Source: Candidatus Curtissbacteria bacterium
GTDB taxonomy: Bacteria; Patescibacteriota; Microgenomatia; Curtissbacterales; GWA2-41-24
Length of the DNA: 64,000 nt
Assembly (NCBI GenBank): GCA_016183325.1
Contig: JACPEV010000003.1
Coordinates: 18,000 to 81,999 of the forward strand
Direction: 5' to 3'
The notes beneath the pieces were generated by a model, which was given only the letters and a program-made list of their open reading frames with translations, made no database searches and had not been told where the DNA came from. Positions 54,101-61,172 of this stretch are shown here, piece after piece. Position 1 is the first letter of the stretch; every line of letters starts with the position of its first letter. A program made the translations under genes and the position numbers.

Positions 54101-55386
54101 CGTTCTTGAAAAACCGTCGGTGGAATCCCGTATTTGAGAGCCCAAAACATTTCGTAATATCTTGCTTCAGAATCTGTTCTAAATGCTCTTATGCCTATTA
54201 TTTTATCAGCAGATCTTTCCAGCCTAAGTCTCGTAGCAAGATCATTAGTAACTCCAATTCTCCAACCTAAGTTCTGTCTATACATCAAATAAACATAGTG
54301 ATACTGGTTTTGGGAGACTTTGGATGGGACATAACAGAAAACTTTATGATTGTCGGTTAATGTTAGCTTACATCCACTTTTTGTTTTAACCGTTAATAAG
54401 CGTGCAGTTTTTCTGTTCTTGAAGACCTTTGTTATCTTTGAGATGCCTAAGTGACCTTTACCAACCGCAGTTAGAACTTGGTCGCTAATTTTGAGCTTTT
54501 CAATCTTTCTCTTGCCATTGGAAGTAGTAATGAGAGTGCCAGGAGGCAAGCATTGATCATCGTCGCCAACAACACAGATGTTTTTGTGACTGGCGGCGAG
54601 CAATTTGACCAGTTCGTTTTGGGCATAATTGGTATCTTGGTATTCATCGACTAAGATGTATTTGAATTGATCTTGATATTTTTTGAGAATTTTGGGGCGC
54701 TTTTGGAAAAGTTCGATGGTTTTGACAACTTGATCACCAAAATCCAAAAAACCGGCTTCGTCTTTAAATTTCTCGTATTGCTGATAAGAACTTGCTAATT
54801 CTTGATATTTCTTGGCTTCGATCCTTCGACTTCGCTCAGGACCTTCGGTTTTCTCTTCTTTTCTGGCGTCAGTTGCCAGTCGTTTAGAGTATAGCGAGAA
54901 TTCCTCCGGATTGATGTTTTCGTCCTTAAGTCTGGAGAAAAAAGAAAGAATTGCAGAGATGAATTTTGTAGGATTAGAAAGTGGAAGATAGTACTCTAGA
55001 TTAAACCTGAAAAGGTTTTGTTGGAAAAAGAGAACTTGTTGAGGGCGAGAAAGAACTTTGAAATCTGGAGAAAGACCAATTTCCAGAACATTGTCGCGCA
55101 AAATTCTGTCACCAAAAGCATGAAAGGTAGAAATCCAGGTGTCGATAAAACCGTAAGGGACAAGTATATCCACGCGTTCTTCCATTTCGGCGGCAGCTTT
55201 GTCGGTAAAGGTCAGCGCCAAAATTTCCGAAGGTTTGGCGAGGCGTTTTTCAATAATGTAGGCAATACGTCTTGCGATAACGGCGGTTTTGCCAGTGCCA
55301 GCACCGGCGATTATTAAAAGCGGCCCTTCGGTTGTGGTAACCGCCTGTTTTTGCTCAAGGTTGAGATCTTTGAGAATATCTGACAT
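51154..55386 (-). CDS. UvrD-like helicase fused to a C-terminal PD-(D/E)XK (RecB/Cas4-like, 4-Cys) nuclease domain. Contains an intein and two in-frame palindromic inserts.
   Basis: Walker A AGAGTGKT, VDEYQDT, VVGDDDQ|C...HN|SIYKFRGA (motif III split by the intein), and C-terminal CxxCxxxxxC cluster (EPACVYCAYNSICPF). 1410 aa precursor. Confidence 0.8.
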   Translation of the reverse strand: MSDILKDLNLEQKQAVTTTEGPLLIIAGAGTGKTAVIARRIAYIIEKRLAKPSEILALTFTDKAAAEMEERVDILVPYGFIDTWISTFHAFGDRILRDNVLEIGLSPDFKVLSRPQQVLFFQQNLFRFNLEYYLPLSNPTKFISAILSFFSRLKDENINPEEFSLYSKRLATDARKEEKTEGPERSRRIEAKKYQELASSYQQYEKFKDEAGFLDFGDQVVKTIELFQKRPKILKKYQDQFKYILVDEYQDTNYAQNELVKLLAASHKNICVVGDDDQCLPPGTLITTSNGKRKIEKLKISDQVLTAVGKGHLGISKITKVFKNRKTARLLTVKTKSGCKLTLTDNHKVFCYVPSKVSQNQYHYVYLMYRQNLGWRIGVTNDLATRLRLERSADKIIGIRAFRTDSEARYYEMFWALKYGIPPTVFQERIGIEIKGDSLMKLYKDIDSYANAAKLAQDLHIDLNSSHYTLNAVTRGSSRRIKINLEICSRNYHSKSKEILKSPLIAHTLHLETTNPKIIKLLQDAGYQLQKAKKGLRLRIQSSDLLNLGKLAQKITDFTGGFLEAKFALGFASFQSKPALIMPASNLVLGHRVPIVVNNRVYYDEIIEITEEEKTLTVYDLEIEKTHNFIANNIVVHNSIYKFRGAAISNILEFKKTYPKAHQVVLNQNYRSTQSILNSAYRLIRHNDPDRLEVQNKIDKKLKAVWLHPRGELGIRHGLSPQEIFADTISEEADLVAAEIEKLMAKRSKYLRGESSSHLGGGRDGYSYRDFAILVRANAQADHFLRALNMKGIPHKFVGSSGLYQQEEVNLLISFLTAISNFEDSLNLFNLSTSDVYKMPPADAIKLASYAKRKNRSLYYVLKNLDRLTPQHRHSGEERSDDSRIKKSGFWTSSSTVLSSSLPKGQNDSGISDLDLSEESKAIIEKLLLDLDESIKLSRRENVGKVTYGFLKTTGYLKKLERQGGVENQLKIQNIAKFFDKIKEFVDVAKVESVTQFVDYLEAIRGAGDDPATVQFDPEVDAVNVMTVHGAKGLEFSVVFLVNLVADRFPTRARGDAIEVPEVLIKETLPIGDWHQQEERRLFYVGMTRAKDLLYFSWSRDIGGARVKKISPFVLEALDKIKSDAEIARLSPLEKIEKFAPTPTRTTQTLLFDVDVLKLTQGSIDDYLTCAYKYRYIHILRIPTLRHHAIVYGAALHSAVAGFFRAKKSGRILTLPQLLEIFENAWDSEGFLTIEHEEKRKSQGKLALQNFWQRESKSKDLPSLIEARFDFALKGVTITGRFDRVDVKPGGKITIIDYKSSENIDQDKADSQAKESIQLAIYALYYFKRHRIVPEKVVLNFLETGIEGAHTPTQKDLEKTEELILETADKIRRDTKNNSFVANPKYFGREPACVYCAYNSICPFSLAKIQ
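52661..52772. repeat. GC-rich composite palindromic element inserted in-frame in the helicase gene
   Basis: tgtcattctggcc...gtccagaatcc...gattctggagtcgtcgcttcgctcctccccagaatgacgg, translated in the helicase as ...TPQHRHSGEERSDDSRIKKSGFWTSSSTVLSSSLPKGQNDSGISDL... Paralog of the intergenic copy at 60522-60613. Confidence 0.75.
53103..53140. repeat. GC-rich palindromic element (cacctccgaggtg family) in-frame in the helicase gene
   Basis: cacctccgaggtgtgaggaactttcacctcggagg encodes ...GESSSHLGGG..., the same peptide motif inserted in pcrA. Confidence 0.7.
53473..54552 (-). mobile_element. intein (~360 aa) inserted in helicase motif III, with a putative GIY-YIG-like homing-endonuclease region
   Basis: Block A CLPPGTLITTSNGK, block B LTLTDNHKVF, block F/G VYDLEIEKTHNFIANNIVVHN followed by the +1 Ser of the extein. 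The internal YHYVYLMYRQNLGWRIGVTNDLATRLRLE resembles a GIY-YIG core. Confidence 0.75.
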
Positions 55387-55419
55387 TCGGAAGTTATTTT
55401 ATCACGTAGTATTTCGGAC

Positions 55420-55836
55420 TTAGGATAATACTTCTATTTTTAGACCGTTGATTTTTCGCGGCAACCTTCGGTCTGCAGTTACGAAAATCTCTGCGCCTGA
55501 CTCGAGAGCAGTGGCCAGGTGAATTGCGTCTGGAGTTCTTATCTGCTTATATTGCGCTCGAATTTGAGCAGATTTGATTGCTATATTTCTAGTAAAATCG
55601 ACTATGGAAATATTGCCAGAATTGGATATGAAATTTAAATATGCGTGCACTTTTCTAATTAATCCTTCTTTGTAGACACCAACAAGTATCTCTTGGAGTG
55701 TTAAAACGGATGTGAAGACTTGAAGATTTGTTTCTTTTATCTCGAAAAGTTTTTTTCTAGATGCGTTGCCTGACCTGCCTTTATTTTCTAATGCATAGAT
55801 AAAGATATTGGAATCTAAGGCGATTTTTAATCCCAC
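55420..55836 (-). CDS. vapC: PIN-domain toxin (VapC family)
   Basis: MGLKIALDSNIFIYALE...FVTADRRL. Confidence 0.7.
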   Translation of the reverse strand: MGLKIALDSNIFIYALENKGRSGNASRKKLFEIKETNLQVFTSVLTLQEILVGVYKEGLIRKVHAYLNFISNSGNISIVDFTRNIAIKSAQIRAQYKQIRTPDAIHLATALESGAEIFVTADRRLPRKINGLKIEVLS

Positions 55837-56075
55837 GAATTTCTTTCTTCATCAAGATATTTTTCGATATCTTTGGTATTTTTCCATAATCCCCTTAGAT
55901 TCTTAATGTAATCGTCAGGCCAAACCCATGCCCGCTTACCCGGCTTTGGTGACAGAATAATCTGATTTCCCTTAGTATCAATGTCCAGTTTCTGACCAGG
56001 TTTAACCTTAATCTTTTTGCGGATTTCTTTGGGTATGACTACTTGATATTTGGTACTGACAGACGTTTGGATCAT
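55827..56075 (-). CDS. AbrB/SpoVT-type antitoxin
   Basis: MIQTSVSTKYQVVIPKEIRKKIKVKPGQKLDID swapped-hairpin motif. Overlaps the PIN gene start. Confidence 0.6.
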   Translation of the reverse strand: MIQTSVSTKYQVVIPKEIRKKIKVKPGQKLDIDTKGNQIILSPKPGKRAWVWPDDYIKNLRGLWKNTKDIEKYLDEERNSWD

Positions 56076-56159
56076 TTCGTATTACATTTTACCAAAACGT
56101 ATTACGTTTTGTCAATCACGCAGACTGAGATTTCTTCGTGGCGGAGGTGAAGAAGTTGG

Positions 56160-56966
56160 TTAATTTGGTCTTTGCCAATCGATGCCAAAATGATGTTTAA
56201 GATCTAATTCTTTCCAGTAATCAAATTCAATAGAGGCATTGAAAGGATCTTGCAACAATTGCGGGGAGAATAATTTTCCCAAAATATCTTCAAGGTCGAT
56301 TCTTTTTGGGAAGCTTAACTGATCAACATGTTTGTTGGTAACTCTTCTTTCGAGAGTGATAATTTGTCCATCATTTACTCTAACTTCGGAACCATCCCAA
56401 TTATTAATAATAATTGAACCCTTTGCATCTGGAAACATTGAAACAAGACTTTTCTCTTTAAGGGCAGAACTCTTAAAATTTAATGAATTGAACTCTAGGT
56501 TCTGATAGTAGATATCAAGAATATTACTTTCATACTGAACGCGTATTCCAAAATGACTCGAAGATAATAGGAATACGTTTATGTGCTCTGGTGATCTGCC
56601 GGTTAATAACCTCTCCCCATATTTATCGATTGAGAACCTAACTGGATATTCATCGAAATATTCGATTGATAATTTTGATGATAAATCGTCTATATCGAAA
56701 TCTTTGTTATGTGGAGTCTTGTAGTAATTTCGTGCATAGCATACTTGGTCGTAAAAAAAACTCTGTCCAACATAAAACAGATTTTCAGGTACAATTTTTA
56801 ACCCGGTCCAATATATCTGCGATTCTAATGAATTCACATAATCAATAAAGGCTATTTGAATATCTTTGGGTACTTTGCCATTTTCTAAGCCAGACAGTGG
56901 GAACATTCTCGAATCATGGAATGAGGTGTTAGGAGGAAGAAAATCGGAAAATTGTTCGTCGTTCAT
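56160..56966 (-). CDS. hypothetical protein
   Basis: 268 aa ORF with no recognisable motif, between two toxin-antitoxin pairs. Confidence 0.35.
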   Translation of the reverse strand: MNDEQFSDFLPPNTSFHDSRMFPLSGLENGKVPKDIQIAFIDYVNSLESQIYWTGLKIVPENLFYVGQSFFYDQVCYARNYYKTPHNKDFDIDDLSSKLSIEYFDEYPVRFSIDKYGERLLTGRSPEHINVFLLSSSHFGIRVQYESNILDIYYQNLEFNSLNFKSSALKEKSLVSMFPDAKGSIIINNWDGSEVRVNDGQIITLERRVTNKHVDQLSFPKRIDLEDILGKLFSPQLLQDPFNASIEFDYWKELDLKHHFGIDWQRPN

Positions 56967-57060
56967 TGATATGTGAAGCCAAATTATATCACTATTGATA
57001 GAATTTACTTGCTTTTGAGGGATTTTATGGCTTTTGCTTCGATAGTTTATTTCAGAGATT

Positions 57061-57426
57061 TTATTCTAGCGGTTCGAGGCCAAGCACGATTTTTAGAGCT
57101 TCTTCGACTTCGTAAAGCTTTTCTTTGGTAAGAGTACTAAGTTTTTTGGCAAGGCGGGATTTGTCGATTGCTCTAATTTGGTTTGGTAGGGCAACTGAAT
57201 TTTTATCCAAGAAGCTATTTTCTTTTTCCAGCAATATTCTCTCTGGGCCTAGTATTTCGGGAACTTGTGATGAGATAGGAATTATAATGACAAGAGGTGA
57301 GATCTTATTTATTTCGTTTGCGGAAATAACAATGACGGGTCTTTTCTTGGCAACTTCCCAACCTTTTCCTGGAATTAAATCAGCGACCCAGATTTCTCCG
57401 CGTTTTGGTTTTAATACTCTGGCCAT
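57061..57426 (-). CDS. mazF: MazF/PemK-family endoribonuclease toxin
   Basis: RGEIWVADLIPGKGWEVAKKRPVIVIS...LVIIIPISS is the canonical MazF/PemK fold signature. Confidence 0.75.
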   Translation of the reverse strand: MARVLKPKRGEIWVADLIPGKGWEVAKKRPVIVISANEINKISPLVIIIPISSQVPEILGPERILLEKENSFLDKNSVALPNQIRAIDKSRLAKKLSTLTKEKLYEVEEALKIVLGLEPLE

Positions 57427-57644
57427 CCATCTAGTTCAGTTGCCTTCCAAGTCTCTGCTTCTTTTTTGTCAAATTCGCGATTTGCCTTTAAACTTCTAAT
57501 CAAATCTTTTTTAAGATTCTTTTTGCGATGCAGTTTTTCTTCGAGCGCCTTTGCAATAAATTTGCTGCGAGACCTTGAAGGGATAGTTTTGCGAAGATCT
57601 CGGGCTAAATTTGATGGGAGTGTGATATTTATTCTTTGTTGCAT
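57411..57644 (-). CDS. mazE: ribbon-helix-helix antitoxin (MazE/CopG-like)
   Basis: INITLPSNLARDLRKTIPSRSRSKFIAKALEEKL. Overlaps the mazF start. Confidence 0.6.
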   Translation of the reverse strand: MQQRINITLPSNLARDLRKTIPSRSRSKFIAKALEEKLHRKKNLKKDLIRSLKANREFDKKEAETWKATELDGWPEY

Positions 57645-57685
57645 TACACACTAATTATACACACTCTATAATTCTGTGTCAACAA

Positions 57686-58681
57686 TTATTTTGATTTCAG
57701 GGACTTTGTGGTTTTGGCTTCTATATTCTGTACGGTTGATATTCGAGAGGATAAGCGGGAAAAGCGGGAGTTTACGTCGTCAGTTGAGGCGGCGGCGTTT
57801 TTGATGTGTTTGGTAAGAACTGAGAGCGATCCACCGAATTTTTCGGTTTCGTCGCCGATCTCTCTTAAGGCGGCCAGTATCTGGCCGGCGCTTTTTTCGA
57901 TTTTTGAGCCTTCAAGAGACATAATTATGGCGCGAAGATAGGCGTAGAGTGTGTTAGGTGAAACCGGACGGACACGTTTTCGGTAGGCATATTCATCCAG
58001 TTGGGGGCTATTGGTCAGAATTTCGTAGTAGATTGGTTCCGAGGGAATATACATGAGGGCAAAGTCGAGTGTGCCTTCTTGAGGACGGATGTATTTAGTG
58101 GAGATTGCATCGATGTGTTTTTTGATGTCGGCAATAAATGACTTTCGATAAAGATCCCGATCCTTTTCGCCTTCGGCTTTGGCCATTTTTCTGAAATTTT
58201 CCATGGGAAATTTGGCATCAATCGGGATTATCCCCTGTTCAAGTTTTAAGGCGGCATCGACAATTTCGCCGGATTTAAAAGCATATTGCAGATGGAAATT
58301 TTGCTTAGGCAAAGTTTGGCCAAGTAAATCTTTTAAGATGGACTCGCCTATTTGACCGCGAAGCTTTGGCGAGCGCAAGAATTCTTGCAAATCTTTCATA
58401 CTTCTGCCAAGTTCGGTCATTTCACCGACGGATTTTGAAACTCCGGAGATAACCTGGGCGGCACGATCCAGTCTTTCGTTGATGGCGCGTGTCTGGCGGA
58501 CCATCGAATCGGTCGTCTTATCCATTGATCCGCGCATATCGGAAACTAACTGGGTTAAAAGTTTTGTGGTTTCGTCAGAGTTTTTATTTTCGGTTAATTT
58601 TTTAATTTGCAAATAGAGAATGGCGAAGGCGGCGATGACTATCAGGGTGCCGACGACAAATAATGCTGTTTGAGAATCCAT
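57686..58681 (-). CDS. rmuC: DNA recombination protein RmuC
   Basis: N-terminal TM helix, long coiled-coil, and RmuC C-terminal nuclease-like domain (FALMYIPSEPIYYEIL). Confidence 0.75.
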   Translation of the reverse strand: MDSQTALFVVGTLIVIAAFAILYLQIKKLTENKNSDETTKLLTQLVSDMRGSMDKTTDSMVRQTRAINERLDRAAQVISGVSKSVGEMTELGRSMKDLQEFLRSPKLRGQIGESILKDLLGQTLPKQNFHLQYAFKSGEIVDAALKLEQGIIPIDAKFPMENFRKMAKAEGEKDRDLYRKSFIADIKKHIDAISTKYIRPQEGTLDFALMYIPSEPIYYEILTNSPQLDEYAYRKRVRPVSPNTLYAYLRAIIMSLEGSKIEKSAGQILAALREIGDETEKFGGSLSVLTKHIKNAAASTDDVNSRFSRLSSRISTVQNIEAKTTKSLKSK

Positions 58682-58710
58682 CCTGATGATTTTAGCAGAT
58701 ATATGAAATC

Positions 58711-58912
58711 TTTATTGTTCGAGCGTAGTCGACCCTTCGATTTTACTCAGGGTCGACACTGAGTTTATATCAGCAGGTCAATTTGAAACTTCGTTTCAAT
58801 ATTGCTCCTCTGATATATCAGATTCGCCGAAGGCGAAGGTTGATATCGAATGTGTCGAGAACTTACCTTAAGGAAACTTCTCGACTCGCTCCGCTCGCTC
58901 GAAGAGTATTAA
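58711..58912. mobile_element. long-form MITE (TTATTGTTCGAGCG...GCTCGAAGAGTATTA) with ~105 bp conserved core
   Basis: Terminal inverted repeats tttattgttcgagcg / gctcgctcgaagagtatta. The core is shared, inverted, with 50608-50730. Confidence 0.7.
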
Positions 58913-58921
58913 TATTAAAGT

Positions 58922-59293
58922 ATGGTTCGGCTTTTACCTTTCTCGTTTTTACTGCTGTTTGCTTCACTTTTCGGTCTGGCGTGGATAGTTGTGGAAGTGG
59001 ATCCGGATTCGACTGAATGGTATATTTTTGCGCTTTTTATTATTCTACTTTTTCTTTCTTTATTTAATTTTCTGGGACTAGTGCTTTATTTTGCCAGAAC
59101 AAGATTTTACAGAAGGTACAGCGCCAACTGGTATTTTAAGACTTCCTATAAAATGGCTTTTTTTTTCGCATTCTTTTTAGCAATTGTGGCGACTTTGGCA
59201 CTTTTTTCGCAAATTAATACTTTTAATGTGACTTTGGCGATATTGGCAGTTTCGCTGTTTGCATTCTGGAGTTATTTGGGAAAGAGAGGTTAG
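58922..59293 (+). CDS. small membrane protein, unknown function
   Basis: 123 aa with four hydrophobic helices. Confidence 0.35.
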   Translation: MVRLLPFSFLLLFASLFGLAWIVVEVDPDSTEWYIFALFIILLFLSLFNFLGLVLYFARTRFYRRYSANWYFKTSYKMAFFFAFFLAIVATLALFSQINTFNVTLAILAVSLFAFWSYLGKRG

Positions 59294-60408
59294 AGGTACT
59301 GGTAGTGTTTTTTAATTCTCGTATTCCAATAAAGAGCAATTGGAAAAAGTAATAGAACAGATCCCAAAACCAAAAAAATTATCTGGGGAGATTTTTCCAG
59401 CGAGAAACTGATGAAGGCTATCAGTATCCCCAGAGTTCTTCCAGACGATAAAAAAACTTCGCGGCCGGGCATGGCAAGTTTTAAGTCTTGGTGGGTGTCA
59501 ACGACCATGGCAATCGTTAGATTCCAAAAAATGGGTAGAAGGAAACTGATTGCGCCGGTAAGGATAATCCATAGGTTGAGACTTTCGGTGGCAAATGGAA
59601 ATAAATAAGTAACGACTGCCATTATGACTGTTACCGGATAGAGAAAAACAGCTCTCTTTTGAATTTTGTCGGTAAATTTCCCTAAGATAAAACTCGAGAT
59701 TGCCCCCAAAAGTGCAAGATACGACGCAAATATACCGTAATTTAAGGGAGTGTTGATAAAAAATAGAGTATAAACTGGAATAACCGCAAAGACCATGGCT
59801 TCCCAAATACCTTCAAGAAAAACGTAAATTCTGGTTGCGGCGACATAACTTAGAGCTTTTTTGATTGAATATTCATAACTAAAATCTTTTTGTAAAAAAG
59901 TGAGGTAATAACAAAAAATAAAAACAATGCCGGAGACAAGCCAAACTAAGGAAAATTTTATTTGGGCTAAAATGCCCGCAGCAAACGGAGCAATAATGCT
60001 TATGATTGGGCCAAAGGCGACCATGACAGCTGTGCTTTCTCCTCGTCTGTTTTGAGGAGTGTAATCAAAATGGATAACGTTGTAAACAATAAAAAATAAA
60101 AATATTGAGATACCGTTGGCAATCATCGCCAAATAAAATTGGAGATGGTTTTCTAATCTGACAACTAAAAGGATAAAGATTAGCCAAGCGATAAGAGAGA
60201 ACCGCCAAGCAATTAGCAGTGAAGGTTTTTTGAAAATAAAGAGGCAAATTAATTGTGCCAAAAAAATAATTCCACCTGAAGCGACGATTTCTTTAAATGA
60301 AAAACCTTCTTTTAAGAAGTATGTTGGTAATAAAGACCGGCTAAAAGTGACGAAGAAAATGTAGGAAAAATAGAATAGGAGAAGTGCTCTGAATTCCCTA
60401 ACGTACAT
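59290..60408 (-). CDS. MFS-type transporter
   Basis: 372 aa, 10-12 hydrophobic helices with a central loop. Confidence 0.5.
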   Translation of the reverse strand: MYVREFRALLLFYFSYIFFVTFSRSLLPTYFLKEGFSFKEIVASGGIIFLAQLICLFIFKKPSLLIAWRFSLIAWLIFILLVVRLENHLQFYLAMIANGISIFLFFIVYNVIHFDYTPQNRRGESTAVMVAFGPIISIIAPFAAGILAQIKFSLVWLVSGIVFIFCYYLTFLQKDFSYEYSIKKALSYVAATRIYVFLEGIWEAMVFAVIPVYTLFFINTPLNYGIFASYLALLGAISSFILGKFTDKIQKRAVFLYPVTVIMAVVTYLFPFATESLNLWIILTGAISFLLPIFWNLTIAMVVDTHQDLKLAMPGREVFLSSGRTLGILIAFISFSLEKSPQIIFLVLGSVLLLFPIALYWNTRIKKHYQYL

Positions 60409-60521
60409 GACAAAAGAATCAAAGCATCAAAGTGTCAAGGAATCAAGGGGAGAGAAGAGCTTGTTGAAAACCTCTTAGCCTCGCAACAATCAGAAAAGGC
60501 TATTAAGACAAGCCATCAGTT

Positions 60522-60613
60522 TGTCATTCTGGCCCTAAGGTCCGGGTCTAGGACTTGTCCAGAATCCTTACTAGAATCAGATTCTGGAGTCGCTTCGCTC
60601 CCCAGAATGACAG
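60522..60613. repeat. GC-rich composite palindromic element, intergenic copy
   Basis: tgtcattctggccctaaggtccgggtctaggacttgtccagaatcc...gattctggagtcgcttcgctccccagaatgacag. Confidence 0.75.
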
Positions 60614-60636
60614 TTTGACTTAGGTTTTCAACAAAC

Positions 60637-61137
60637 TTAAGGGGAGAGAATTATAATTCCCTCTCTCCAGCCGCCGGGGTCTTTGATAATAGAGTCGTCT
60701 TTTGTATAGAGATGAGATGTGATGGCAATGGCTTTGTTTTTGAAACTGGCGGGAGGCGCCCATTCGATTTCAAAAGGGACTAAGTTGTCTTCACCGATAA
60801 CTTCCCAACGGTTGTCAACGTAAGTCTTAGCCCAGAAAACAACTTTGGTGATTTTTGAGGTATCAGTGGCCGCCAGTTTAATTTTTAGGTTGTTGCTTCT
60901 TACGATTTCGCCTGATTGGGGAGAAATAATTTGACCATCGACAATATTCTCTTTAGGCAAGTTTTGATTAACAAGCGGCCTGACGATTAAAAAAACGATT
61001 ATTAAGAAAAAAATGATAAGTGCGACTATCCCAAACGGATTTATTGGCCAGCCGGCTTCGCCTTTTTCGATTGGCCCGCGCTTTTCAGAAATTTCTGCCA
61101 TATTTTGCAGTGTAGTGCCCATTTGACTGGGTGTCAA
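60637..61137 (-). CDS. membrane-anchored hypothetical protein
   Basis: 166 aa with one TM helix (ALIIFFLIIVFLIV) and a C-terminal globular domain. Confidence 0.4.
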   Translation of the reverse strand: MTPSQMGTTLQNMAEISEKRGPIEKGEAGWPINPFGIVALIIFFLIIVFLIVRPLVNQNLPKENIVDGQIISPQSGEIVRSNNLKIKLAATDTSKITKVVFWAKTYVDNRWEVIGEDNLVPFEIEWAPPASFKNKAIAITSHLYTKDDSIIKDPGGWREGIIILSP

Positions 61138-61172
61138 ATGATTTTTTTTGAGATAGAATACTTACACTCAGT

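Noticed and set aside
58783-59016. Plus-strand ORF 58783-59016
   Set aside because: Lies largely within the long-form MITE and overlaps the better-supported membrane-protein ORF starting at 58922.
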